From NCBI GenBank assembly GCA_019245575.1, contig JAFARE010000009.1, forward strand, positions 17,403-81,402: a stretch of 64,000 nucleotides of DNA, in the 5' to 3' direction. A model generated the notes under the pieces. That model saw nothing but the letters and a program-made list of their open reading frames with translations, searched no databases and was not told the DNA's origin. The DNA is from Candidatus Dormiibacterota bacterium (GTDB lineage: Bacteria; Chloroflexota; Dormibacteria; Aeolococcales; Aeolococcaceae). Both the position numbers and the translations under genes were made by a program. This document shows positions 1 to 10,013 of the stretch, piece by piece (the stretch's first letter is position 1; every line of letters begins with the position of its first letter).

Positions 1-786
1 GAGGACCGGGTTGAGGAAGGCGCCGGTGCCGGTGATGAAGGCGTAGTACGGAGCGTCGTGGAACGTCACGTTCAGCAGCAGGTAGCCGCAGCCGGCCACG
101 GCCACGATCGCGGTAGCGACTGAAGTGCGCGTGACGGCGCCGGGCCGGTGGGGAGCTGTGGTCGCTGCGCGCTGCGCCAGGGTCCGCCCGATGGCGATTC
201 CCATGCCGAAGTATCCGATCCAGTAGGGAAACATGAGGAAGCCGAACTCCTCTGACGCGCGCAACACCGCGCCACCAGGCATCCAGCCCCACAGGCGCAC
301 GACATTCAGCGCCGTCTGCAGCGCCAGCGCCGCCAGCGCGACCGGCCACGTCCCGCGACGCGGCCAGAGGACGAACAGCACGTACAGCTGCGGCACGACG
401 AGCAGGTACCAGAGGTGGCCCGCACCGTGGTCGAGGAACGCGACGATGCTCGACCCGGTGAAGTGGAGCGACCCCTGGACAAGGGCGGTGAACACGACGT
501 AGACGGGCACCCACGCCAGCCAGGGCAGCACGCTGCGTGACAGCCGCCGCCGCGCGAAGCCCGCGTCCAGTGGACGGTCGATGTAGCGATAGCCGAGCAG
601 GAGGCCAGTGAGCACGGCGAAGACGGGTACCGAGAAGCGCGCGGCCAGGTTGAGCGCGCCGTACGGAGACGCGGGACCCCACGCGGACGAGTGGATGAGA
701 ATGACGCCGACGGTGGCTGCGGCGCGGAGCGCGTCCGTGCCGTCCAGCCGGGAACGCGCGCTGCGATTCCCGGTCTGCTCAGTCAC
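1..786 (-). CDS. acyltransferase family 3 (OafA/YrhL-like) membrane protein; 3' end lies beyond the window edge
   Basis: Hand translation of the minus strand from GTG at 786 gives VTEQTGNRSARSRLDGTDALRAAATVGVILIHSSAWGPASPYGALNLAARFSVPVFAVLTGLLLGYRYIDRPL... This fits the N-terminal R-x-LDG-x-R...A...V...H signature and hydrophobic helices of acyltransferase_3 proteins. I checked that the frame has no stop down to position 1; it is absent from the ORF track because it runs off the edge. GTGA start/stop overlap with the upstream gene. Confidence 0.55.
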   Translation of the reverse strand, partial: MTEQTGNRSARSRLDGTDALRAAATVGVILIHSSAWGPASPYGALNLAARFSVPVFAVLTGLLLGYRYIDRPLDAGFARRRLSRSVLPWLAWVPVYVVFTALVQGSLHFTGSSIVAFLDHGAGHLWYLLVVPQLYVLFVLWPRRGTWPVALAALALQTALNVVRLWGWMPGGAVLRASEEFGFLMFPYWIGYFGMGIAIGRTLAQRAATTAPHRPGAVTRTSVATAIVAVAGCGYLLLNVTFHDAPYYAFITGTGAFLNPVL

Positions 787-1931
787 GGTCGTCGCAGCCA
801 GGGCGGCACCCAATGCAGCGCGCGGGCGCGGGGTGGTGGCGGAGCTGCGGCGACGACTATCGGCTCGCGGCCCTGCGCGCGGTGCACGGCGGGCACACCG
901 ACTCGAAGGATGACAACCTGCAGCGCGGCGGCGATGGGCACCGCCAGCAGCGCGCCGATGACGCCGGCGAGCGCGCCACCGATGAGCAGCGCGAGCACGA
1001 CGGCGAGCGCGGGAAGCGCGACAACCCGGTTCATCACAAGCGGCACCACCGTGTTGGCGTCGATCAGCTGCACCACGAGCAGAACGACGGCCACCAGGAT
1101 TGGGTACTGCGGGCTGATCGTGAAGCCGAGCAGCACCGGCGGCACAACGCCGAGGAATGCGCCGACCACCGGCACCGCCGCCGCGAGCCCCGCGAAGATC
1201 CCGAGCAGGATCGGGCTGGGCAGGCGCAGGAGCGCGCACGCGACACCGGTCGCGATGCCCACCACCAGGCTGTTGATCGCCATCGCTCGCACGAATCCGC
1301 CCATGCGGAACCCGACCTCGCGGATGACGTCCTGCGCGAGCGCCTGCTGGTCGGGAGGCACGAGGTCGACGAGGAACCGCTTGAGGCGCTCGCTGCTGAG
1401 CAGCCACAGAAAGCCCAGCACCAGAACCAGGAAGAAGTTGACCACGATGCTGAACAGCGTGCCCCCGATGGTGAAGAGCACCTGCTGGGCCGCGCCGAGG
1501 ACCGTGCCCACCTGCTTGCTCACGTCGACGTTGAAATGGAACTGGCTCTCCAGGTTGTTGAAGAACTGCAGGAAGTCACTTCGATATGTGGGGAAGTTCG
1601 CAGCCAGCGTCTGTGCCTCACTGACGATCGGCTGCACCAACAGCGCGACCATCACACCGAGGAACAGGAGCAGTCCGAGGTACACGATCCCGACCGCGAG
1701 CACGGCGGGAACCCGGCGTCGCTGCAGCGCGTGCATCAGCGGGCGAATCCCCTCCGCGAAAACGATGGCGACGAGCACCACGAGCAGGATGCTGAGGATG
1801 CTGCTCAGCAGAAACGCGAGTGCCACCACCGCCAGCACGATCAGCGCGGCGGCCACCAGCGTGCGCACGCGGATGACGGCGCGCTCCCGCTGCGGGGCCT
1901 CACGGCTGGGAGCCGGTGCGCTCGTGGCCAT
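783..1931 (-). CDS. AI-2E family transporter (PerM-like permease)
   Basis: Polytopic membrane protein with an AI-2E-like C-terminal half (...GFRMGGFVRAMAINSLVVGIATGVACALLRLPSPILLGIFAGLAAAVPVVGAFLGVVPPVLLG...). I chose the ATG at 1931 (MATSAPAPS...) because the longest ORF (to 2156) would overlap the convergent-frame AKR gene. Confidence 0.85.
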   Translation of the reverse strand: MATSAPAPSREAPQRERAVIRVRTLVAAALIVLAVVALAFLLSSILSILLVVLVAIVFAEGIRPLMHALQRRRVPAVLAVGIVYLGLLLFLGVMVALLVQPIVSEAQTLAANFPTYRSDFLQFFNNLESQFHFNVDVSKQVGTVLGAAQQVLFTIGGTLFSIVVNFFLVLVLGFLWLLSSERLKRFLVDLVPPDQQALAQDVIREVGFRMGGFVRAMAINSLVVGIATGVACALLRLPSPILLGIFAGLAAAVPVVGAFLGVVPPVLLGFTISPQYPILVAVVLLVVQLIDANTVVPLVMNRVVALPALAVVLALLIGGALAGVIGALLAVPIAAALQVVILRVGVPAVHRAQGREPIVVAAAPPPPRARALHWVPPWLRRP

Positions 1932-1992
1932 CGAAGGGCAGCGTATCAGTGGCTGCCGCGACCCGCGCGCGTTTGCGTAGGCTTCTCGTCTC

Positions 1993-2940
1993 GTGGACGG
2001 CGTCGAGCTCCGCAGCGTGGGCAGGTCGGGGTTGCAGGTCAGCGCCCTCGGGCTCGGCTGCAACAACTTCGGGCGCAGGCTGGATGCGGCAGGATCGACG
2101 CAGGTCGTGCACGCGGCGCTCGACGCCGGCGTCACGCTCTTCGACACCGCCGACATCTACGCGGAGGGCGTCAGCGAGGCGATCCTTGGCGCGGCGCTGC
2201 AGGGACGGCGCGACGAGGTGATCATCGCCACCAAGTTCGGTGGCGCTCGCGGCGCGTCACCGTATCGCCGCGGCGGCTCACGTCGGTGGGTGCGCATCGC
2301 CGTCGAGGAGAGCCTGCGCAGGTTGCGCACGGAGTGGATCGACCTGTACCAGATGCACTTCCCCGATCCGGCGACGCCGATCGAGGAGACACTGCGCGCG
2401 CTCGACGACCTGGTGCGTGAGGGCAAGGTCCGGTACGTCGGATCGTCCAACTTCAGCGGCTGGCAGGTGGCCGACGCAGCGCACACGGCGGAGCGAGCCG
2501 GCGTCACGCCGTTCATCTCCGCGCAGAACGAGTACAGCCTGGTGGAGCGCGACGCCGAGGCGGAGCTGCTGCCTGCGTGTGTGAGGTTCGGCGTCAGCTT
2601 GATTCCGTACTATCCGCTCGCGGGAGGCTTTCTCAGCGGCAAGTACGCGCGCGGCCGGCCGGCGCCGCCGGGCACGCGTCTCGCGCTGGTTCCACACATG
2701 GGCGAGCGCATGCTCGTGGAGCGCAAGTTCGACATCGTGGAGCGCGCTGAGGCGTTCGCGCAGGAGCGCGGCCAGACAGTCCTCGACGTGGCGGTGGCGT
2801 GGCTCCTCGCACAGCCGCGGGTCGTATCGGTGATCGCAGGCGCGATGTCGCCCGAGCAGGTCGCGTCCAACGTCGCCGCGGCCTCCGGCCGCCTCTCAAC
2901 CGAGGACGTGGAACTACTCAATAGACTTGCCGCCGCATGA
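1993..2940 (+). CDS. aldo/keto reductase
   Basis: 315 aa, GTG start. Carries LGLGCNNFG, DTADIYAEG and IATKFG motifs typical of the AKR superfamily. ATGA overlap with sucC. Confidence 0.9.
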   Translation: MDGVELRSVGRSGLQVSALGLGCNNFGRRLDAAGSTQVVHAALDAGVTLFDTADIYAEGVSEAILGAALQGRRDEVIIATKFGGARGASPYRRGGSRRWVRIAVEESLRRLRTEWIDLYQMHFPDPATPIEETLRALDDLVREGKVRYVGSSNFSGWQVADAAHTAERAGVTPFISAQNEYSLVERDAEAELLPACVRFGVSLIPYYPLAGGFLSGKYARGRPAPPGTRLALVPHMGERMLVERKFDIVERAEAFAQERGQTVLDVAVAWLLAQPRVVSVIAGAMSPEQVASNVAAASGRLSTEDVELLNRLAAA

Positions 2941-4118
2941 AGCTGCTCGAGTACCAGGCCAAGGAGCGGTTCACGAGCGCCGGGCTCGCAGTGCCGGCGG
3001 GAAGGCTGGCCCGCACGCCGGATGAGGCTGCGGCCGCCGCCGCTGAGCTGGGCCGCATCGCGGTCAAGGCGCAGGTTCCCATCGGCGGCCGGGGCAAGGC
3101 CGGCGGCATCGCGGTGGTCGACACGCCCGACGACGCGCGGCGCGAAGCCCAGCGCATTCTCTCGATGCAGATCCGCGGCTACCCGGTGCGCAGGGTGTGG
3201 TGTGAGACGGCGCTCGCGATCGACAGCGAGCTGTACCTGGGTGTGACGCTGGACCGCGATCAGCGGCGCATGGTGATCATCTTCTCCGCCGCGGGCGGCA
3301 TGGAGATCGAGCAGGTCGCTGCGGAGACGCCGGATCGCATCGCCAAGCTCTGGCCGGACCCGTTCGCCGGACCGCAGCCGTTCGAGATCCGCCGTCTCGC
3401 CTTCGACGCGCTGAGCCACGCGCCCGAGCATCGCGAGCGCGCCGGAAAGCTGGCGTCGTCGCTGGTAAACGTGACAACGCGCCTGTACTCGCTCGCTTCC
3501 TCCCTTGACGCGCTGACCTGCGAGATCAACCCGCTGGCCCTGACCCCCGACGGGTTGCTGGTCGCAGCCGACGGCAAGCTCGAGATCGACGAGAACGCCG
3601 AGTACCGCCACCGCGATGTCGCCGAAGAGCTGGCGCGCGAGGACGCAGGAGCGGAGGTCACCGGTGAAGACCCCTTCGAGGTCGAGGCGCGCAAGCGGGG
3701 CCTCACCTATGTGCACCTCGACGGGTACGTGGGCTGCATCGGCAACGGCGCCGGGCTCACCATGAACACGCTCGACCTGGTGAAGCAGCACGGCGGCGAG
3801 CCGGCGGACTTCCTCGACATCGGTGGCGGGGCGAGCGCCGAGCGCGTGCGCAACGCACTGGAGATGGTGCTGCTCGACCCCAAGGTGCGCGGTGTCTTCA
3901 TCAACGTGTTCGGCGGGATCACCCGCGGCGACGAGGTCGCTCGAGGCGTCATCGCTGCGCGCGACGAGCTTAACATCACGAAGCCGCTGGTGGTGCGCAT
4001 GACAGGCACGCGCGAGGAGGAGGGCCGCCGCCTCCTGCACGAGGCGGGCATCGTACCGGCGACGAGCGCCACCGAGGCCGCGGACAAGATCGTGCAGCTG
4101 ACGCGGGACGCAGCATGA
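2937..4118 (+). CDS. sucC: succinate--CoA ligase (ADP-forming) beta subunit
   Basis: [12 protein letters not shown]... N-terminus and ATP-grasp region ([15 protein letters not shown]); 393 aa; ATGA-coupled to sucD. Confidence 0.95.
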   Translation: MKLLEYQAKERFTSAGLAVPAGRLARTPDEAAAAAAELGRIAVKAQVPIGGRGKAGGIAVVDTPDDARREAQRILSMQIRGYPVRRVWCETALAIDSELYLGVTLDRDQRRMVIIFSAAGGMEIEQVAAETPDRIAKLWPDPFAGPQPFEIRRLAFDALSHAPEHRERAGKLASSLVNVTTRLYSLASSLDALTCEINPLALTPDGLLVAADGKLEIDENAEYRHRDVAEELAREDAGAEVTGEDPFEVEARKRGLTYVHLDGYVGCIGNGAGLTMNTLDLVKQHGGEPADFLDIGGGASAERVRNALEMVLLDPKVRGVFINVFGGITRGDEVARGVIAARDELNITKPLVVRMTGTREEEGRRLLHEAGIVPATSATEAADKIVQLTRDAA

Positions 4119-4999
4119 GCATCCTCGTCGACCGCGGCAGCCGCGTGGTCATTCAGGGCATGACCGGCCGCGAGGGCAGCTTCCACACGGAGCAGATGCG
4201 CGCGTTCGGCACCAACGTCGTCGCCGGCGTGTCGCCGGGCAAGGGCGGCAACGACCAGAACGGCGTCCCCGTCTTCGACACTGTGGCGGACGCAGTCGAG
4301 GCCACAGATGCGAACGTCGCCGGTGTCTTCGTGCCGCCGGCGTTCGCCGCCGACGCGATCATGGAGTCCGCCGCAGCCGGAGTCGCTCTCACGGTGTGCA
4401 TCACCGAGGGAATCCCGGTGCACGACATGGTGCGCGCGCGCGCCTTCGTCGACCGCACGTCCGGCAAGCTGCTCGGCGCCAACTGTCCCGGCATCGTCAC
4501 GCCACGTCAGTGCAAGATCGGCATCATCCCCAACCACATCAACGAGCCCGGCCCGGTGGGCATCGTCGGTCGCAGCGGAACGCTCACGTACGAGGTGATC
4601 CAGGGCCTCAGCCAGGCGGGGATGGGCCAGACCACATCGGTCGGCATCGGCGGCGACCCCGTGCTCGGACTGGGTTTCACCGAGGTCCTGCAGATGTTCG
4701 CGGCCGACGGCGACACCCGCGCTGTCGTGATGATCGGCGAGATCGGCGGCTCCGACGAGGAGCGCGCCGCGCAGTGGATCGAGTCGAGCGGGTTCGACAA
4801 GCCGGTGATCGCCTTCATCTCCGGGCGCACCGCCCCGCCGGGCAAGCGCATGGGCCACGCCGGCGCGATCATCAGCGGCGGCACGGGCACCGCGCAGAGC
4901 AAGATCGACGCGCTCACCGCCGCCGGCGCGGCGATCGCCGACACCATCGAGGATGTCGTGCGCCTGACGGCGGCGCGGCTCGGCGCGCCCGCGGCGTAG
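4115..4999 (+). CDS. sucD: succinate--CoA ligase alpha subunit
   Basis: [18 protein letters not shown]...; catalytic His region [14 protein letters not shown]; 294 aa. Confidence 0.95.
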   Translation: MSILVDRGSRVVIQGMTGREGSFHTEQMRAFGTNVVAGVSPGKGGNDQNGVPVFDTVADAVEATDANVAGVFVPPAFAADAIMESAAAGVALTVCITEGIPVHDMVRARAFVDRTSGKLLGANCPGIVTPRQCKIGIIPNHINEPGPVGIVGRSGTLTYEVIQGLSQAGMGQTTSVGIGGDPVLGLGFTEVLQMFAADGDTRAVVMIGEIGGSDEERAAQWIESSGFDKPVIAFISGRTAPPGKRMGHAGAIISGGTGTAQSKIDALTAAGAAIADTIEDVVRLTAARLGAPAA

Positions 5000-5007
5000 A
5001 GCGGAGC

Positions 5008-5643
5008 TCAGCCCACCCGCAGCGCGATCATCACGCCGTCGCGCAGCGGCACGATCGACGACACGAATCGATCGTCAGTCGCGACGAGCCGGTTGTGCTC
5101 GCGGATCGCCTCGGTGTTGGCGTCGCCACCGGGTTCCGCCACCCGTCCGCTCCAGAGCACGTTGTCGCAGAGGTACAGCCCGCCCACACGGATGCGCTCA
5201 CACGCCGCGCGCCAGCAGTCCGGATATCCGGTCTTGTCGACGTCGCAGTACACGATGTCGAACTCGCCGCTCTCGGCCGCGAATCCGGAGAGTGCATCGC
5301 CGACCCGATAGCGCACGCGATCCCACAGACCCGCGCGTTGCAGGTATCCCTCTGCGTCGCGTGCGTTGCCCGGGTCCATGTCGGTGCACACCACGCTGCC
5401 GCCGTCGCCGACCGCGCGCGAGAACCAGTAGGCGGAGTAGCCGTAGCCGGAGCCCAGCTCCATCACGCGGCGGGCTCCGATGCCGCGCGCCTGCGTCTCG
5501 AGCAGCCGCCCGACCGCCCTGCCCACGATGGGAAAGCCCTGTTCGCGGGCGCGCTGCTCCATGTCGTCGAGCACCGCATCCGGGTGCTGAGTCCTGGCCA
5601 GGTCGAGCAGGTACTCGTCCAGCTGGGGAGCGACCAGGTCCAT
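5008..5643 (-). CDS. class I SAM-dependent O-methyltransferase (caffeoyl-CoA OMT-like)
   Basis: SAM motif VMELGSGYGYSAYWF, then DMDPGNA and FDIVYCDVDK. The ATG at 5643 (MDLVAPQLDEY) is preferred over the longest ORF start at 5814. Confidence 0.85.
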   Translation of the reverse strand: MDLVAPQLDEYLLDLARTQHPDAVLDDMEQRAREQGFPIVGRAVGRLLETQARGIGARRVMELGSGYGYSAYWFSRAVGDGGSVVCTDMDPGNARDAEGYLQRAGLWDRVRYRVGDALSGFAAESGEFDIVYCDVDKTGYPDCWRAACERIRVGGLYLCDNVLWSGRVAEPGGDANTEAIREHNRLVATDDRFVSSIVPLRDGVMIALRVG

Positions 5644-5771
5644 GGGACTCGTAGTAAACCCCACGAGCGTCGCGGGCCGCCTCGTTTCGAACCGCCACCG
5701 GCCCCCCGCAGCGCCGGTGCGGGTTACGATGCGGACGTTCCCCTCGGCTTTCCCCACCAGCGAGGCACGAT

Positions 5772-7028
5772 TTGATGGCCAGCTTGGTCCAAACACCAAC
5801 CCAAGCCCGGACACACGGGCGCGGCGCCGTGCGGCGCGCGTTCGACCGCGACGTGGTCATCGTGGGTGGCTGCGGCCATGTCGGTCTGCCGCTGGGCATC
5901 GCGCTGGGCCAGAGGGGCTTGTCGGTCGCCATGTACGACGTCAACCAGGCGGCGGTTGATGCCGTGATGAGGAGCGAGCTGCCCTTCAGCGAGCCCGGCG
6001 CCGACGCTCCGTTGAAAGACCTGCGCCGCTCCAATCAGCTCGTCGCCACGACCGACCCAAATGTGATCCGCGGCGCCGAGTACGTGATCGTCGTGATCGG
6101 CACCCCCGTGGACGAACACCTCAACCCCAGCCCACAGGCGGTGGTGAAGGCGATCGCCGACCTGGCCGAGCATCTCACGCCGGATCAGGTGATCGTGCTG
6201 CGCAGCACCATCTATCCGGGCGTGACGGCACTCGTCGAGCGGTATCTCGAGGAGAACGGGCTGGGCAATGACGTCTGCTTCTGTCCGGAGCGGATCGCCC
6301 AGGGCAAGGCCATGGAAGAGCTGCACCAGATGCCGCAGATCATCGCCGCGCGCACAGCGCGGGGGATGCAGCGCGCGCGGGACCTCTTCTCGCGCCTCGC
6401 TCCCGACCTGATCGAGCTCTCTCCGGAGGAGGCCGAGCTCGCCAAGCTCTTCACCAACACGTGGCGGTACATCAAGTTCGCGGCCGCCAACCAGCTGTTC
6501 ATGATGGCCAACGACTTCGGCCTCGACTTCGAGCGCATTCGCCAGGCGATCATCACGAACTATCCGCGCGCGGCCGACATGCCCGGACCCGGATTCGCCG
6601 CCGGGCCGTGTCTGTTCAAGGACACGATGCAGCTGGCCGCATTCAACAACAACCAGTTCACGCTGGGCCACACCAGCATGATGATCAACGAAGGGCTTCC
6701 GCTCTACGTGGTGGCGCGCCTGGAGCAGCGCCTGGACCTCTCCTCGCTGAACATCGGCATCCTGGGCATGGCGTTCAAAGGAGAGTCCGACGACATTCGC
6801 TCCTCGCTGGCGTACAAGCTCAAGCGGATCCTGGCGGTGAAGGCGCGCCGTGTCCTCTGCGCCGATCCCTACGTGACGCTCGACCCGCACCTCGTGCCCG
6901 AGGAGGAGCTGCTGCGGGAGGCGGACCTGATCGTCATCGGCGCCCCTCACGCGCGGTATGCGACGCTCGAGATCGGGCAGCCGGTGATCGACGTGTTCAA
7001 CGTGCGCAGGCAGGGCGTACTCATTTGA
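5772..7028 (+). CDS. nucleotide-sugar dehydrogenase (UDP-glucose/GDP-mannose dehydrogenase family)
   Basis: Rossmann motif VVIVGGCGHVGLPLG; central FCPERIAQGKA (catalytic-Cys region GPCLFKD); C-terminal GMAFKGESDDIRSS. Confidence 0.85.
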   Translation: MMASLVQTPTQARTHGRGAVRRAFDRDVVIVGGCGHVGLPLGIALGQRGLSVAMYDVNQAAVDAVMRSELPFSEPGADAPLKDLRRSNQLVATTDPNVIRGAEYVIVVIGTPVDEHLNPSPQAVVKAIADLAEHLTPDQVIVLRSTIYPGVTALVERYLEENGLGNDVCFCPERIAQGKAMEELHQMPQIIAARTARGMQRARDLFSRLAPDLIELSPEEAELAKLFTNTWRYIKFAAANQLFMMANDFGLDFERIRQAIITNYPRAADMPGPGFAAGPCLFKDTMQLAAFNNNQFTLGHTSMMINEGLPLYVVARLEQRLDLSSLNIGILGMAFKGESDDIRSSLAYKLKRILAVKARRVLCADPYVTLDPHLVPEEELLREADLIVIGAPHARYATLEIGQPVIDVFNVRRQGVLI

Positions 7029-7780
7029 GGCCTCGCGTCTCGGTCGTCATCCCCGCGTACAACGAGGGACCCGAGATCGACGAGTGCGTGGGGCGGATCC
7101 TGGAATCGGTGTCTTTGCCCTGTGAGGTGCTCGTGGTCTACGACACGCCCGACGACACCACCGCGCCGTACGCGAGGGCGTACTCACAGCGCGACCCGAG
7201 GGTCGTGCCGCTGCTCAACACCGCGGGCCGGGGACCGGCCGCCGCGCTGCGGTTCGGGATCGACCATGCCCGGGCCGACGTGACGGTGGTGACGATGGCC
7301 GACGGCTCGGACGATCCCACCCAGATCGACCAGCTGGCGAGGCTCGTCGAACGCGGCGTGGTCGTCGCCGCGGCGTCGCGCTACATGCGCGGCGGCCAGC
7401 AGGTGGGTGGGCCCTGGCTCAAGGGATTGCTGTCGCGCATCGCGGGGCTGTCGCTCCATGCGGTGGCGCGCGTGGGCACCCACGACCCAACCAACTCGTT
7501 CAAGGCATACTCGACGCGCTTCCTTCGCGAGGTCGGCGTCGAGTCGGATGCCGGCTTCGAGCTGGGCATCGAGATGACGGCAAAGGCGCACCGGCGCGGA
7601 TTGCCCGTGGCGGAGATCCCCACCATCTGGCTGGATCGGAGCGCGGGTCAGTCCAACTTCAAGGTGAAGGAATGGATCCCGCGATACCTCCGCTGGTACT
7701 TCTTCGCCCTCGGACCTCGGCGGCACTCGAAGACCGGTTACCGCGTGACCATCGGCGACAACCAGCGCGAGGCTGTGTGA
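7025..7780 (+). CDS. glycosyltransferase family 2 (polyprenol-phosphate sugar transferase-like)
   Basis: VSVVIPAYNEGPEI...VVYDTPDD...TMADGSDDP (DxD). In-frame TTG at 7025 forms a TTGA overlap with the upstream stop. The longer track ORF (6461..) lies inside the dehydrogenase gene. Confidence 0.8.
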   Translation: MRPRVSVVIPAYNEGPEIDECVGRILESVSLPCEVLVVYDTPDDTTAPYARAYSQRDPRVVPLLNTAGRGPAAALRFGIDHARADVTVVTMADGSDDPTQIDQLARLVERGVVVAAASRYMRGGQQVGGPWLKGLLSRIAGLSLHAVARVGTHDPTNSFKAYSTRFLREVGVESDAGFELGIEMTAKAHRRGLPVAEIPTIWLDRSAGQSNFKVKEWIPRYLRWYFFALGPRRHSKTGYRVTIGDNQREAV

Positions 7781-8802
7781 GCACGGTCCTCATCACGGGG
7801 TCACAGGGCTTCATCGGCGGATACGTCGTCGAGGAGCTTCTCGGCCGAGGTCACGAGGTGATCGGCGTCGACAATCTGTCGAAGTACGGACGCGTCGCCA
7901 AGTCATACGACCGCCATCCGTCCTTCGAATTCGTCGAGGGCGACGCGAGCGATCCTGCATTGCTCACGAGCCTGCTGGCGCGCTGCGACCACTTCATCGC
8001 GGGCGCGGCGATGATCGGCGGCATATCGTATTTCCACGCCTACGCGTACGACCTGCTGGCGACCAACGAGCGCATCCTGGCGGCGTCGTGTGACGCGGCC
8101 ATCGCGGCTCACCGTTCCGGCCGCCTGAGGAAGGTCACCTACATGAGCAGCTCGATGGTGTTCGAGTCGGCGACGTTCTGGCCGTCCGCGGAAGGCGACG
8201 AGCGAAGGATCCCGCCGCCGCTGTCCTCGTATGGCTTCCAGAAGCTCGCGGTCGAATACTTCGCGCGCGCGGCCTGGGATCAGTACCAGCTTCCCTACAC
8301 GATCGTGCGGCCCTTCAACTGCGTCGGCATCGGCGAGGGCCGGGCTCTTGGTGACGTGGAGATTCTGAGCGGGAACATCCAGCTCGCGATGAGCCATGTT
8401 GTCCCGGACCTTGTTCAGAAGGTGCTGAAGGGACAGGACCCCCTGCACATCCTTGGCGACGGGACGCAGGTGCGCCACTACACATATGGCGGGGATCTCG
8501 CGAAGGGCATCGTCACCGCGATGGACCACCCGGCTGCGCTCAACGAGGACTTCAATCTCTCCACCGCCGAGAGCACGACCGTCCTCGAGCTCGCGGAGAT
8601 GATCTGGCGGCGGATCCGGGGAGCTGACGTGCCGTTTCGCTACGTCTCGGACCCTCCCTTCCAGCACGACGTGCAGCGCCGCGAGCCCGCCACGGAGAAG
8701 GCGCGGGACGTGCTCGGATTCGAGGCCACCACCACGCTTGACGAGATGCTCGACGAGGTCGTGCCCTGGATCGAGAACGCGATCATGCAGAAGGTCATCT
8801 GA
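7777..8802 (+). CDS. NAD-dependent epimerase/dehydratase (SDR-extended)
   Basis: VLITGSQGFIGGYVVEELL (GxxGxxG); YGFQK (YxxxK). GTG at 7777 gives a GTGA overlap with the GT2 stop. Confidence 0.85.
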   Translation: MSTVLITGSQGFIGGYVVEELLGRGHEVIGVDNLSKYGRVAKSYDRHPSFEFVEGDASDPALLTSLLARCDHFIAGAAMIGGISYFHAYAYDLLATNERILAASCDAAIAAHRSGRLRKVTYMSSSMVFESATFWPSAEGDERRIPPPLSSYGFQKLAVEYFARAAWDQYQLPYTIVRPFNCVGIGEGRALGDVEILSGNIQLAMSHVVPDLVQKVLKGQDPLHILGDGTQVRHYTYGGDLAKGIVTAMDHPAALNEDFNLSTAESTTVLELAEMIWRRIRGADVPFRYVSDPPFQHDVQRREPATEKARDVLGFEATTTLDEMLDEVVPWIENAIMQKVI

Positions 8803-8817
8803 GCGGAGTCGGCCGCG

Positions 8818-9984
8818 ATGGACTTCGAGCTCAACGACGAGCAGCGTCACATCCGCAGCACGGTCCGCGACTTCGCCCAGGCTGAGATCGCTCCGACGGC
8901 GGCCGCATACGACGAGAGCGGCGAGTTCCCCTACGAATGGGTGCGCGGCATGGCCCGGCTCGGTCTGTTCGCGCTGCCGTTTCCCGAGTCCGTGGGCGGC
9001 GCGGGCGGCGACTTCCTCTCCTATGTGCTGGCCATGGAGGAGATCTCGCGCGCGGACGCGAGCGCGGGCATCACGCTCGAGGCGGCGGTGTCGCTGGGCA
9101 TCTCGCCGCTGGTGCACTTCGGCAGCAAGGAGCAGCAGGAACGCTGGCTCCCCGCACTGCTGAGCGGAGAGCGGCTCTGGTCGTTCGGTCTCACCGAGCC
9201 CGAGGCGGGGTCCGACGCCGGCGGGACCCAGACGCGCGCCCGGCGCGACGGCGGCGAGTGGGTGATCAACGGACGCAAGGTGTTCATCACCAACGCGGGG
9301 ACCGACATCAGCGCCGGCGTGACCATCACCGCCGTCACCGGCTCCTCCAACGGCACCAGGGAGATCAGCGCCATCGCCGTCGAGCGGGGCACCCCCGGCT
9401 ACACGCAGGCGCCCAAATACCGCAAGCTGGGTTGGCACGCATCCGACACGCGGGAGTTGATCTTCGACGACGTGCGCGTGCCCGTCGGCAACCTGGTGGG
9501 TGAGCAGGGCGCCGGTTATCGCCAGTTCCTGCAAATACTCGAGGGCGGCCGCGTCGCCATCGCAGCGTTGTCCGTCGGGGTAGCGCAGGCGTGCCTCGAT
9601 GCCGCCCTCGCCTATTCCGCGCAGCGGCGTCAGTTCGGCAAGCCCATCGCCACCTTCCAGGCGATCCAGTTCAAGCTGTCCGACATGGCCACGCAGATCG
9701 AGTTGGCGCGGATGATGACGTGGCGGGCCGCCTGCGCCATCGACGCGGGCAGGGACGCCGCGCCATACGCATCGATGGCCAAGCTGCACGCCTCCGAGGT
9801 GGCGACGGCGTGCGCCAGCCAGGCGGTGCAGATCCACGGTGGCTACGGCTTCATGGAGGAGTCGCCGGTGGCACGCTACTACCGCGACGTGAAGGTGAAC
9901 GAGATCGGCGAGGGCACCAGCGAGGTGCAGCGCATCCTGATCGCGCGCCACATCCTGCGTCCCTACGAGGTACTCGAGGATTGA
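8818..9984 (+). CDS. acyl-CoA dehydrogenase
   Basis: 388 aa. GLTEPEAGSDAGG and the C-terminal catalytic region NEIGEGTSEVQRILIARHIL. Confidence 0.9.
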   Translation: MDFELNDEQRHIRSTVRDFAQAEIAPTAAAYDESGEFPYEWVRGMARLGLFALPFPESVGGAGGDFLSYVLAMEEISRADASAGITLEAAVSLGISPLVHFGSKEQQERWLPALLSGERLWSFGLTEPEAGSDAGGTQTRARRDGGEWVINGRKVFITNAGTDISAGVTITAVTGSSNGTREISAIAVERGTPGYTQAPKYRKLGWHASDTRELIFDDVRVPVGNLVGEQGAGYRQFLQILEGGRVAIAALSVGVAQACLDAALAYSAQRRQFGKPIATFQAIQFKLSDMATQIELARMMTWRAACAIDAGRDAAPYASMAKLHASEVATACASQAVQIHGGYGFMEESPVARYYRDVKVNEIGEGTSEVQRILIARHILRPYEVLED

Positions 9985-10013
9985 CCCTCGCAGGCGGCGG
10001 GTACGCTGCGGCC

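Noticed and set aside
6461-7024. Upstream 188 codons of the 439-aa track ORF that ends as the GT2 glycosyltransferase.
   Set aside because: This part lies entirely inside the nucleotide-sugar dehydrogenase gene in another frame. GT2 homology starts right after the in-frame TTG at 7025.
7903-9951. 682-aa minus-strand ORF antisense to the epimerase and acyl-CoA dehydrogenase genes. Similar giants occur at 11083-13266, 29025-32051, 50478-53111, 56466-58016 and 60474-62615.
   Set aside because: They are Arg/Ala/Gly/His-rich with no recognisable domains. They lie exactly opposite well-supported genes with strong family motifs. Long stop-free alternative frames are expected at this GC content.
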